Source: a virus | Taxonomy: Duplodnaviria > Caudoviricetes | Strand: one strand, 5' to 3' | IMG/VR virus record: IMGVR_UViG_3300020169_001518 | Location: 1-57,709 of that record | DNA: 57,709 nt | In this document: positions 39,437 through 48,284 of the stretch, one piece after another | Position numbering within the stretch: position 1 is the stretch's first letter | Layout of the letters: each line of letters starts with the position of its first letter | Made by a program: the position numbers and the translations under genes | The notes under the pieces: model-generated | What the model saw: only the letters and a program-made list of their open reading frames with translations | What the model was told of the DNA's origin: nothing | Databases searched by the model: none

Positions 39437-40402
39437 GGAATTTAGTGAATTAATATATGGGTTTAAATCTAAAGACCATTCTAAATCATTAAAAAACCCT
39501 TCTAATTTATTTAATAATATAGATTCAAATACTTTTTTTCTATCTGCATATTGATTTAGGAAATCCTGTACTTTAGATGGTATTTCGTAATCAAAAAATG
39601 CTAATGCTTCTATTTTATATGGATTATCTTTTAAATGTATCCATTTAATTTTATCAGCGTTAGTCATTAATGGATATTTTTTATCTAACCTCCATAATTT
39701 TAATAAATCATTATATCTAATAGCTGCTTTTACAGCTGCAGGTGCTCCTAATTGCCTTTGTGCTTTACCCTCCTTCTTTTTACTTAATGGTTTTAGTATT
39801 TCAGTAAATATTTCTCCAGCTCTAGTATTTCTACCTTGATATTTATCTAATTTTTTTACAGATGTAGGGTTACCTAATTTAGAAAGAGGAATAGTACCAT
39901 CTAATATTTTTTCTTTAAAAACTTTAACTTGATCTAGAATATTGTCTTTTTGTTCTCCTTTTAAAACTTGTTCTAAAATATCATTAAAAAATTCTCCTAG
40001 AATAGGTGGAAAATTAGCTTTCATAAACTCTAAACCTTTAATATCTAAAGTTTCTTTTTCAATACCTTCTTGTTTAGTTATCCATTGTGCATAACGTCTA
40101 GTTGCTCTGAAATAAGCTGAACGAATAACACATTCAGTTTTCATTTCTAATCTATGAGTTTTAACATTAAAGGCTTCACGTGCTAATCTATTATAATCCT
40201 CATTTATTATATCTTGGTATTTTAATGCTACTTTTTCTAGTATATTATCTTTTTCTTTATCTTCAAGTTCTTCAAAATTAGGGTATAAATGAAGTAGTAA
40301 AGGTTCAGCATTAAAATAATTAGAATCTGTGTCTACATAGGCACAAAGATTAATATCTTTATCATCGCAAATGTACCATGGGGTATCTTGTAAATGTTTC
40401 AT
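39425..40402 (-). CDS. family B DNA polymerase, C-terminal subunit (palm motif C and thumb)
   Basis: YVDTDS, MKTE, RRYA, IKGLE. Confidence 0.9.
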   Translation of the reverse strand: MKHLQDTPWYICDDKDINLCAYVDTDSNYFNAEPLLLHLYPNFEELEDKEKDNILEKVALKYQDIINEDYNRLAREAFNVKTHRLEMKTECVIRSAYFRATRRYAQWITKQEGIEKETLDIKGLEFMKANFPPILGEFFNDILEQVLKGEQKDNILDQVKVFKEKILDGTIPLSKLGNPTSVKKLDKYQGRNTRAGEIFTEILKPLSKKKEGKAQRQLGAPAAVKAAIRYNDLLKLWRLDKKYPLMTNADKIKWIHLKDNPYKIEALAFFDYEIPSKVQDFLNQYADRKKVFESILLNKLEGFFNDLEWSLDLNPYINSLNSFEI

Positions 40403-40767
40403 CTATATTCTTTTACGTCTTTAAAATCTGATCCTGAAATAATGTTAATATCATTTTTTAATTGGTTCCTAACTTCATTATATTTAAATATCATTCTTGA
40501 TGATTTTCTAAATTCTTTATCACTTAAACCTTTAGCTCTTACTTTATTTTCAAGATCCCATAATATACGATTAACTTTAGCCAACTCCAAATATAATACT
40601 TTAATTTCTTTACCATTTTTTGTAAATAAATCTATAACACCTGGGTTTAATTTTAGAAATTCAGCTTCAACATTAGCTAGATTATCAGCATTTATCATAT
40701 TTAGTTTTTTTATTTCTAAAATTGACATTCTATCTAGTAATTCTCCGTTTGAAATTTCTACTTTCAT
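40399..40767 (-). CDS. DUF6165-like protein
   Basis: ISNGELLDRMSILEIK...VN..LWDLE...R...N..R..LK..IN. Confidence 0.7.
   Translation of the reverse strand: MKVEISNGELLDRMSILEIKKLNMINADNLANVEAEFLKLNPGVIDLFTKNGKEIKVLYLELAKVNRILWDLENKVRAKGLSDKEFRKSSRMIFKYNEVRNQLKNDINIISGSDFKDVKEYR
40560..40591 (-). promoter_or_regulatory. internal promoter upstream of the PolB C-terminal gene
   Basis: TTTG-N20-TATATTAT. Confidence 0.55.
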
Positions 40768-40768
40768 A

Positions 40769-41038
40769 TTAAAATGTTCTTTCTCCTGGTAAAGGTGGTA
40801 CTGTTACTGGTTTATTTCCTGCTGAATCTATATCAGTTCTTTCTGCAACTGTAACTCTAAATTTATTACCTTTAACTTTAAATTCTCCACCTTGTTTTAG
40901 CATTTTTTTAAAGAATTTTGTTTGGTTTTCATTCCATTCTTCACTTAATTTAATTATTTCTTCTTTAGTTGAAGGTTCTTTATTACCATTTAAATATATA
41001 GTTTGGTTTGCTCTGATAGATTGTTTTTTTAATGTCAT
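40769..41038 (-). CDS. hypothetical protein
   Basis: ATGA overlap with the stop of the PolB N-terminal gene. Confidence 0.7.
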   Translation of the reverse strand: MTLKKQSIRANQTIYLNGNKEPSTKEEIIKLSEEWNENQTKFFKKMLKQGGEFKVKGNKFRVTVAERTDIDSAGNKPVTVPPLPGERTF

Positions 41039-42801
41039 ATTTCTAGTTTTAGTTCATTACGTAATACTTTATTCATATGTCTATTAGCGCATAAAGCACT
41101 TTCTTGAATAATTCTATGTCCTGATAGTGTAATTGCTCTACTAATCATATATTTTGGTAAGCCATACCTAAATGTAGGTAAAGCCGTAGCTCCATATAAA
41201 GAATTAAGTAAAATTTTCATTGTATACTGCATTAAATAATAATGCTCACCTTTTACTTTATCACCTTCTTTATATGCTTTTTTCATTTTATTTTTATAAA
41301 TAACCCTTTCATCAAACCAAATATTTAAAATGGTTGCTAATACTGATTCTTTATCTTGGGTAAAGAAACACCCGTTAGCAGAAACTGCTAGATTATTTTG
41401 CTCAATCATAGCTATCAATCTTCCAACCTTTACGTGTGTTTGTTTACCCTTTGAATTTTCAACTAATAATATTTCATCAGAATCTTTTTCTTTTAAGTCA
41501 TTAAGACCTAAACGATTATCACGATCATCTGCAGGTATGATATGTCCCGCCAAAGTTTCTCTACCTATGTTAATAGACATAATTATACATGGATACAGCG
41601 ATGTTAAATCTTCATCAAACATATATTTGTATAATCCTGCTTTAGGGCAAAATAAATAACCCCCAGCATATGTTGAGTTTATATCTTTTTTACCAGATGG
41701 TCTATATGGTGGAATTATATTTTGAGATAATAAATAAGCTGATATAGCTCCATCTTGAGTAACACTATTTGAATAAACTTCACTATAATTATGTTTACCT
41801 TTATGAGATATATTTTTAGTTAAAGCAATATATTGGAGTTTTTCATCTAATAATTTTAGGATTTTAACATCCATAAAGTTATATTCAATAAACTTATGAA
41901 TATCAGTTTCAAATAATCGATCTAAATTCCCTTCATATTCAATTTTATTTACCCCAGCATATTTTTCTCCAATAGCATCTAATTTATAACTTGGTTCATC
42001 CTTCCAACTATATTTTTTATGTAAACGAATATAATCTAAAGACTCAACACCAACAATATCTACAAATTGATCTCTTCTAGGCCAAGTTGATATCCATTTC
42101 CCATCTTTTGTTTTAAACCAAGATTTTTTTTCAGTAATAACTTTACCTATAGGGGATAAATAATTAGCAAATTCTTCTCCTAATACATTACAAATTCTAT
42201 AATATAAATAAGGAATATCAAAATAATCACTATTATAACCAATTAATATATCAGGGTTAATATCCCTAAACATTTCAATAAATTTACCTAATAACTCTTT
42301 TTCAGTTTTAACTGGTATTATTTCTTTGTTTTTATTTTCTCCTGTTTTAGTGTGTGATAATTCTTGTTTTTTATCTAAAATTAATATAGCCCAATGGTCT
42401 TCTATTTTATCCCACCAAGCTATAGATGTAATAGGCATTGGAGCACTTTCAATATATTCTTTAGTTAATGCCCCTCCAATTTCACACTCAATATCAAAAA
42501 ATAATTCTCTATGACCTGTAGAAGGTTCATCATTTACTCCATATTTTTCAATTAAGAATTTTTGGTGAGGTTTTATATCATGAAAATGTAAAGATTGATT
42601 TACAGAATCACCATAATTATAATTCTTTTCCCAGGAAGTTGTTTTAGTTAGTGTTTCGCCTTTTAAACCAACTAATTTACCATTAGGGTCTTCTTTATAC
42701 GCAGCATTCCACCATTCAATTTCATCATATCCTCCTTCATCCCATAAGTGAATTTTATACTTATTGCCCTTTATTCTAGTAGCATAACACTTTTTATACA
42801 T
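41035..42801 (-). CDS. family B DNA polymerase, N-terminal subunit (3'-5' exonuclease, motifs A and B)
   Basis: FDIE, GYNSDYFD, YNFMD, DLTSLYP, KILLNSLYG; no DTDS motif. Confidence 0.93.
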   Translation of the reverse strand: MYKKCYATRIKGNKYKIHLWDEGGYDEIEWWNAAYKEDPNGKLVGLKGETLTKTTSWEKNYNYGDSVNQSLHFHDIKPHQKFLIEKYGVNDEPSTGHRELFFDIECEIGGALTKEYIESAPMPITSIAWWDKIEDHWAILILDKKQELSHTKTGENKNKEIIPVKTEKELLGKFIEMFRDINPDILIGYNSDYFDIPYLYYRICNVLGEEFANYLSPIGKVITEKKSWFKTKDGKWISTWPRRDQFVDIVGVESLDYIRLHKKYSWKDEPSYKLDAIGEKYAGVNKIEYEGNLDRLFETDIHKFIEYNFMDVKILKLLDEKLQYIALTKNISHKGKHNYSEVYSNSVTQDGAISAYLLSQNIIPPYRPSGKKDINSTYAGGYLFCPKAGLYKYMFDEDLTSLYPCIIMSINIGRETLAGHIIPADDRDNRLGLNDLKEKDSDEILLVENSKGKQTHVKVGRLIAMIEQNNLAVSANGCFFTQDKESVLATILNIWFDERVIYKNKMKKAYKEGDKVKGEHYYLMQYTMKILLNSLYGATALPTFRYGLPKYMISRAITLSGHRIIQESALCANRHMNKVLRNELKLEI

Positions 42802-43347
42802 TTATATTATTGTTTCAACTTCATAAAATTTTTCTAATTCGTCATCACTAAAAAACTGATGCAAATCAGGTCTAAAGTAATTAATATTTTTCATTACTTT
42901 TTTGTCCCTAGTTCTATAGACAATATACCGTCCTTCCTCAAGTTTTTCAAAATGGCAGGCCTCACCTTGTTCCTTACTTCTCTGGCTGACGGTTTGTATG
43001 GCCTCTTCTTCAGTTTTACAAGCTTTTGACATATTACTTGCTTGTACTTCTTCATACGCGGGCCATATCTTATCCTTAAGGCCATGTAGCATAGTACCGT
43101 TCCCAATGGAAACATAAGCAATGTCGCACAAAGCGTCCAAAACTTCCACAATGTCGCCTCGTTCGCAAGCTTCTCTATATTCTTCAAGTTCTTCAAGGAT
43201 GAAATCATATACAAATTTCCATTCTTTTTCTTCTGGGATTGTTGGTTCATAGTTATTAGGTTTGCCGAATGTGGCGTTAAATGTTTCTACCTCATTTACA
43301 AAAGGTACATAATCTTTTTCTGGGAATAGTGATAATTGGTTACTCAT
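42802..43347 (-). CDS. MazG-like/all-alpha NTP pyrophosphohydrolase
   Basis: EELEEY...EVLDALCD, VQASNMSK, KVMK. Confidence 0.85.
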   Translation of the reverse strand: MSNQLSLFPEKDYVPFVNEVETFNATFGKPNNYEPTIPEEKEWKFVYDFILEELEEYREACERGDIVEVLDALCDIAYVSIGNGTMLHGLKDKIWPAYEEVQASNMSKACKTEEEAIQTVSQRSKEQGEACHFEKLEEGRYIVYRTRDKKVMKNINYFRPDLHQFFSDDELEKFYEVETII

Positions 43348-43348
43348 T

Positions 43349-43801
43349 TTATTTAAATTTTTTAGGCATTGTTAATCCACCAATATAATGGCTATCTGCT
43401 AAATGTTGATCTTCTAGTAAATAATCAGGTAAAGTCGTTGAATCTTCTCTTTCCCAAGGATAAACTAACCATTCTTGACCTACTTCTTTAGCATAAAAGT
43501 TAGGTTTAAATTTTGATGTTGGTTTATGATGTAAAACAGCATGATAAGCACCAGGTGCTTTATCTAAAGTGTGTCCTGTATCGTTAATATCATCTATAAC
43601 TAAAGTATTCCTACTAGCAAGAAAAACAAGGGGTAAACCCAGTTCATGTGAAATCATTACTGCAGGGACTAAACCACCTCTAGGTAATCCCATTACTGAA
43701 TCGATATTTGGGTATTCCATAAATACCTTTTTTGATAAAATTCTAATACACTCATGTATATCAGACCACTCAAGAAATATTTTAGATATTGTGTCCGCCA
43801 T
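43349..43801 (-). CDS. type I purine phosphoribosyltransferase (Gpt-like)
   Basis: RGGLVPA, LVIDDINDTGHT PRPP loop, WLVYPWE. Confidence 0.88.
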   Translation of the reverse strand: MADTISKIFLEWSDIHECIRILSKKVFMEYPNIDSVMGLPRGGLVPAVMISHELGLPLVFLASRNTLVIDDINDTGHTLDKAPGAYHAVLHHKPTSKFKPNFYAKEVGQEWLVYPWEREDSTTLPDYLLEDQHLADSHYIGGLTMPKKFK

Positions 43802-44474
43802 TGTTTATTTTTAAGCTATCAAAAAATTCTTTTCTAGCTAAGTTATCATTATCTTTAAATACACCTGATGCCTTTGTAGTTACCATTGCTGCACCTTGAT
43901 GTTTAACTCCTCTACAACTAACACAATTATGTGTTCCAACTATAGTAACAATTACACCTTTATTGCCTTCAGTAATTTTATCTACAGCATTATGAATAGC
44001 TGATGTTAATTGTTCTTGTATTGCTCCTCTTCTACCAAATAATTCAACTATTCTATTTAGTTTTGATAAACCAATTACTCTACCTTCATCTCCAGCTATA
44101 TATCCAATATGAACAACTCCCCCAATTGTTTGGTGATGATGAGAACACATTGATGTTAATGGAATATTTCTTTCAATAACAATACCATCATAACCATCTG
44201 ATGGGAAAGATGTAATAGGAGACATTTCAGTATATCTACCTGCCCATAAATCATTAACATATGCTTTTGCTACTCTTTTAGGTGTATCAGCAGAATTTGG
44301 ATCTTTTCTCCAATCACATTTTAATTCATCTAAAAACAGACCAAATTTATGGGCTGCTTTTTCTATCATGTCTAATTTTTGGGCATTATTAAGTGGAAAT
44401 CCAGGTGCCACACCATTTGCAAATCCTTCTTGTACTACTTCTAATTCTTGGTGTAATTTTCTACGGTTGCTCAT
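43782..44474 (-). CDS. folE: GTP cyclohydrolase I
   Basis: TPKRVAK, SMCSHH, GLSKLNR, QEQLT, HNCVSCRG. Confidence 0.95.
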   Translation of the reverse strand: MSNRRKLHQELEVVQEGFANGVAPGFPLNNAQKLDMIEKAAHKFGLFLDELKCDWRKDPNSADTPKRVAKAYVNDLWAGRYTEMSPITSFPSDGYDGIVIERNIPLTSMCSHHHQTIGGVVHIGYIAGDEGRVIGLSKLNRIVELFGRRGAIQEQLTSAIHNAVDKITEGNKGVIVTIVGTHNCVSCRGVKHQGAAMVTTKASGVFKDNDNLARKEFFDSLKINNGGHNI

Positions 44475-44598
44475 TTATATAACTTTTTAATTTATCTATT
44501 AATACTAATACATCATCTGGGTCCATTGTAATAGCACAGCATGTGTTTACATTTTCTTCTATATCATCTAATATACGAAGGGCTTCTTGCTTATCCAA
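44461..44598 (-). CDS. small hypothetical protein (45 aa, TTG start)
   Basis: Hand-translated MDKQEALRILDDIEENVNTCC...; fills the gap. Confidence 0.4.
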   Translation of the reverse strand: MDKQEALRILDDIEENVNTCCAITMDPDDVLVLIDKLKSYINEQP

Positions 44599-44599
44599 A
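44568..44599 (-). promoter_or_regulatory. promoter upstream of folE-PRTase-MazG-polB
   Basis: TTTG-N20-TATATTAG. Confidence 0.6.
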
Positions 44600-44601
44600 T
44601 C

Positions 44602-45222
44602 TTAGACTGTAAATTCTAACCAAGTAGTTAAAATGTATTTATCATTAGATTCAGGCATATACCCTTTATGTATATAAGGCCAACTAGCAGGATGAATAAT
44701 TAACTTTCCAGTTTCAGGTTTAACCTTAAAATAATCATCTGCTCCTTCTTCTTTAAATAAAAATCCAGTTTCTCCTCCTTTTTCAACTGTATTTAAGTAA
44801 AGAATAAAAACAAATAATCTTCTTGAAGTATGCATATCTTCTTTTTCTACATGCCATGCATTATAATGTCCTTCATTTTGATCATATTTTTGGATTTGTA
44901 AAAGAGGGTAAGAACATTTACCATTTACTAAAAAATGATGATCAAACATATCTCCATGAGGGTAGTTTTCTAAATACCCATCAGATAAAGTTTTATTAAA
45001 ACCTTTCATAACCATACTAGATAAACTAGCATTACCTGTACCTGGAGTATGTAAAATTTCGTAATCTTTTGTTCTTTTTATTTTATGGTTTATACCTTGC
45101 CCACTCGCTCCTACTATAGTATTATCTAAATCATTTTCATAATCAAACTTACTAATTAGGGAGTTACATTCACTTTCTGTAAATGCGTTTGGAAAAATTC
45201 CTATTGTGTCTTTAAATTTCAT
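44602..45222 (-). CDS. 2OG-Fe(II) oxygenase (prolyl 4-hydroxylase-like)
   Basis: WHVE, LYLN..GGETGF, HKG, KYILTTW. Confidence 0.85.
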   Translation of the reverse strand: MKFKDTIGIFPNAFTESECNSLISKFDYENDLDNTIVGASGQGINHKIKRTKDYEILHTPGTGNASLSSMVMKGFNKTLSDGYLENYPHGDMFDHHFLVNGKCSYPLLQIQKYDQNEGHYNAWHVEKEDMHTSRRLFVFILYLNTVEKGGETGFLFKEEGADDYFKVKPETGKLIIHPASWPYIHKGYMPESNDKYILTTWLEFTV

Positions 45223-45225
45223 ATT

Positions 45226-46053
45226 TTATACTTCTCTTTTATCTTCAAATGCAATAATATGGGGTCTCCATGTCATTCTATAACCATTATCTCTAACCCA
45301 ATCAAATAATACAGGATAGGATTTAAATAATGCTTCCCTACTATCTCCAGCAGGCATAAACCATACTTTTTCAGGTTTAACATCTAATATAGAAATACAT
45401 TCCATAATTTCAGCTAAAGCTCCTTCATCTTTTCCATCCCATACAGGTTTAATATGGAAATCTGAATGGTAAGCAATTGATTGTTTTATCGATTCATAAT
45501 TAAGTCTAAGCTTATTATGTCTATCAATCATTCTTTGGTCTGTAACAGCTCCTTGAGGCGTTGGTACCCCAAGTACAGGTACACTATTGGAGAACTTAGG
45601 ACTAATAGAAAGCAAATTAATAGGATAGTCAGTTGGTAAGAAATGGCTTCCTTCAGTTTCAATAGTGATAAAAATGTTTTTTTCATGAGCAAAATGGGTT
45701 AATTCATTTACTAAAGCAGGATGCATAGTTGGAGAACCTCCAGTTAACATCATTTCTTTTATATGAGGGTTATCCTCATATGCTTTAATAATATCTTTAA
45801 AATTAAAATGTCCTTTTTCTGGGTGGATGCTCGTATACCAACTGTCACACCATCCTCCTTCTCCAAAATAACATCTATGTGTGCACCCTGTAGTTCTAAT
45901 AACTACTGTAGGGTATCCTGCTCTTGATCCTTCTGATTGTACTGCTGTGTAAATTTCTACGATAGGTAAGTTTTTATCGTAATCTTCAATTCTTTTTAAT
46001 TGTTTGTGCATATTGTTAATTTTTTTGAGTGGTTTTTCATTCACTATTATCAT
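45226..46053 (-). CDS. queE: 7-carboxy-7-deazaguanine synthase (radical SAM)
   Basis: EIY..VQSEG, R..GCTHRC...CDS, LTGG.P, IETEG, SPK; start may be 46011. Confidence 0.92.
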   Translation of the reverse strand: MIIVNEKPLKKINNMHKQLKRIEDYDKNLPIVEIYTAVQSEGSRAGYPTVVIRTTGCTHRCYFGEGGWCDSWYTSIHPEKGHFNFKDIIKAYEDNPHIKEMMLTGGSPTMHPALVNELTHFAHEKNIFITIETEGSHFLPTDYPINLLSISPKFSNSVPVLGVPTPQGAVTDQRMIDRHNKLRLNYESIKQSIAYHSDFHIKPVWDGKDEGALAEIMECISILDVKPEKVWFMPAGDSREALFKSYPVLFDWVRDNGYRMTWRPHIIAFEDKREV

Positions 46054-46055
46054 AA

Positions 46056-46520
46056 CTACTCGCAGTAATAAGCTGCGTTTTTACCATGTTCCATGAATTT
46101 AACTTTTGTAACTTTAACTCTACCTTTAGTTTCAGTTTTAACAAATTCATTTAACTTATTATAAATATATTCAGCAAATTTTTCAGCACCAGTTGCTGGG
46201 ATTATTCTTACTTGAGCTACATTAGCATCTCCCATTTGTTTAAATGCTGCTAAAAATGGATCATCTTCTGCTACTATTAGAGTATGATCAAACATATAAT
46301 CCATCCAAGCTTTTGGAGACATATCATCTATTTTAGTTTTAGCTCTTTTCATTCCACCAAAATCCCAAACCCAATTTCTATGATCTAATTCTCCTTCAAA
46401 ATATACTTTAAAAGAAATTCCATAACCGTGTACAAATCTACAGTGTGTATCTTCTGCTTTCCATTGACGAAATACAGTACTAAATCCGTCAAATACTTTA
46501 CTTGATTGATGTTTACCCAT
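46056..46520 (-). CDS. queD: 6-carboxytetrahydropterin synthase
   Basis: HCRFVHGY, DFGG, FDHT, AEKFAE, E...N.A. Confidence 0.88.
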   Translation of the reverse strand: MGKHQSSKVFDGFSTVFRQWKAEDTHCRFVHGYGISFKVYFEGELDHRNWVWDFGGMKRAKTKIDDMSPKAWMDYMFDHTLIVAEDDPFLAAFKQMGDANVAQVRIIPATGAEKFAEYIYNKLNEFVKTETKGRVKVTKVKFMEHGKNAAYYCE

Positions 46521-46755
46521 TATACCAGTTTTTAATTTGTTCTAATGGTTGAGCACCTACTAATCTATCAAGCTCATCTCCATTACTATTTACTTTAACT
46601 AATGTTGGAACGTTTCTAATACCATATTTAGTTGATAATTCTTGATCATTATCAACATTTACTTTTTGATATGGCAAACCACTTCTTTCCATTACAGGTC
46701 CTAACATTTTACAAGGTCCGCACCAATCTGCTGAAAAATAATAAATTTTATTCAT
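46513..46755 (-). CDS. trxA: thioredoxin
   Basis: WCGPC, VPT. Confidence 0.92.
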   Translation of the reverse strand: MNKIYYFSADWCGPCKMLGPVMERSGLPYQKVNVDNDQELSTKYGIRNVPTLVKVNSNGDELDRLVGAQPLEQIKNWYNG

Positions 46756-46771
46756 ATTTAATTTTTAATTG

Positions 46772-46972
46772 TTATACTAATTCTTCTACTATACCTATTA
46801 CTTCCGATAATATAAGAACCCCTACTGCAAACTCCAAGCTATATAACAAAAGTCCATAACCAATTAATCTTACTCCTGATTTGGCAAAACTAACAAGTTG
46901 GTGGGTTTTTTGATCTGGCATGTTTGCTAGATTATTTCTATCTTTTTCTATTCCATCTAAATTATCTATCAT
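46772..46972 (-). CDS. small membrane protein
   Basis: Start moved to MIDNL because the longer ORF overlaps the tRNA; C-terminal hydrophobic segment. Confidence 0.55.
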   Translation of the reverse strand: MIDNLDGIEKDRNNLANMPDQKTHQLVSFAKSGVRLIGYGLLLYSLEFAVGVLILSEVIGIVEELV

Positions 46973-46995
46973 ATTATTTAAAACTTTAATTTTTG

Positions 46996-47068
46996 TTGAC
47001 TCGTCAGGTCTCGAACCTGAACTCTTCTGGACCAAAACCAGACGTGTTACCAATTACACCACGAGTCA
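46996..47068 (-). tRNA. tRNA-Gln (anticodon UUG)
   Basis: Folds by hand: TGACTCG/CGAGTCA acceptor, GTGT/ACAC D-arm, TCTGG-TTTTGGT-CCAGA anticodon arm, TCAGG-TTCGAGA-CCTGA T-arm; 73 nt; CCA not encoded. Confidence 0.93.
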
Positions 47069-47075
47069 TTACTAT

Positions 47076-47480
47076 TTAATAGCTTAACCCGTAATCACTT
47101 ACTTTTGTAAATAACCATGCTTGACCTGGTCCTTTTACTGAATCAGGTTTCATAACAATCATTTGCATACCTTTTAAATAAAATAATAACCTATATTCAT
47201 CATTTTCTTTTTGAACATAAATGTATTTTTTTTCTAGTGTAAAATTTCCTGTTGCTGTTTCTTTACCATTTTCATTAATTGACTGTCTTAAGAATGAATC
47301 ACCATCTTCATTGTAATTCATATATAAAACAGTGCCATCCCAAGCTTGCCAGGTTCCGTAAATGTTTTCATTATCTGTTCCAAGTCCAATTCTTTGTTCT
47401 TGTGCCGTTGCAAAAAACATAAAGGTAAAGAATAATAATGCTGCTATAGCTAATTTGTCTAATAAATCTAATTTTTTCAT
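47076..47480 (-). CDS. secreted beta-rich protein (lipocalin-like)
   Basis: Signal peptide ending ATA-Q; IYGTW. Confidence 0.65.
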   Translation of the reverse strand: MKKLDLLDKLAIAALLFFTFMFFATAQEQRIGLGTDNENIYGTWQAWDGTVLYMNYNEDGDSFLRQSINENGKETATGNFTLEKKYIYVQKENDEYRLLFYLKGMQMIVMKPDSVKGPGQAWLFTKVSDYGLSY

Positions 47481-47483
47481 AAC

Positions 47484-48281
47484 TTATACTTCTGAGTGTT
47501 CTTTAAGTACTTTTAAAACAGACTGTTTAGCTACTTCGTAGTCAACAGGTCCCGTTTCATCTTCGTATTGAACAGGATCTTTCCTACCCAAATCAATAAA
47601 TGCTTCAATACGCTCAACAGACGAAGCAGATTTATAATCACTATTCCCACTAGGAAAAGGCTTATAAGAAGTGTTAGTTCTAGAATAAACTTCATCGAAT
47701 CCAATAGATAATCTTTCACATAATATTTGTCCATCTTTTAATATTCCTAATTTGTCCGTATCTAAATATGGTGTAAAATACCCTACCCTATCAGCTTCCC
47801 AATTACCTATTCTAAAAGCTGCATCATCTGCATCTCTAAATTCTTGTCTGCAATCAGGATAAACAGCATGATCACCTGCATGAATACCTAAAGCGATATC
47901 ACAAGTTTCTTCTGTTTTATTAGCAATAGATAATGCTACTGCCTGTGTAATAGAGGCAAACATTTTATTCCTATTAGGTACAACTGTTTCTTTCATATTA
48001 TCTTGCTCATAATGACCTTCTGGTACATCATCTCCACCTTGAACTAGTGCTGAATCTAGTAAATCTACTAATCCATCTAATTTAATTTGTCTATAATTTA
48101 CTTTGTAACCATTTATAGCTAAATAATCAATTAATGATTGAGCTCTTTCTAGCTCTACTCTGTGTTTTTGACCGTAGTCAAAAGAGATACCTGTTACAGT
48201 ATCATATTCATTGATAGCTCTTAACAATAGGGTGCTGCTATCCATTCCACCACTTAACGAAACTACTACGTGCTTTGCCAT
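47484..48281 (-). CDS. queC: 7-cyano-7-deazaguanine synthase
   Basis: SLSGGMDS, FDYGQKH..E, VPNRN, HAGD, YPDCR. Confidence 0.93.
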   Translation of the reverse strand: MAKHVVVSLSGGMDSSTLLLRAINEYDTVTGISFDYGQKHRVELERAQSLIDYLAINGYKVNYRQIKLDGLVDLLDSALVQGGDDVPEGHYEQDNMKETVVPNRNKMFASITQAVALSIANKTEETCDIALGIHAGDHAVYPDCRQEFRDADDAAFRIGNWEADRVGYFTPYLDTDKLGILKDGQILCERLSIGFDEVYSRTNTSYKPFPSGNSDYKSASSVERIEAFIDLGRKDPVQYEDETGPVDYEVAKQSVLKVLKEHSEV

Positions 48282-48284
48282 AAT

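Noticed and set aside
40403-41034. Group I intron or intein interrupting polB
   Set aside because: The interval holds two intact, coupled ORFs with no homing-endonuclease motifs, no intein C/HN termini and no evident intron core; the C-half has its own ATG and promoter
46973-47053. N-terminal extension of ORF 46772-47053
   Set aside because: It overlaps the tRNA-Gln gene; the ATG at 46972 is more plausible
46996-47068. Suppressor tRNA or stop-codon reassignment
   Set aside because: The anticodon is UUG (Gln); TAA, TAG and TGA all end genes at sensible positions and conserved proteins are full length in code 11
47531-47734. Hydrophobic +1-frame ORF in queC (and 28921-29112 in a GT4 gene)
   Set aside because: +1 frames of T-ending codons are automatically Leu/Ile-rich, and the GC3 shift here is weak, so the evidence is insufficient
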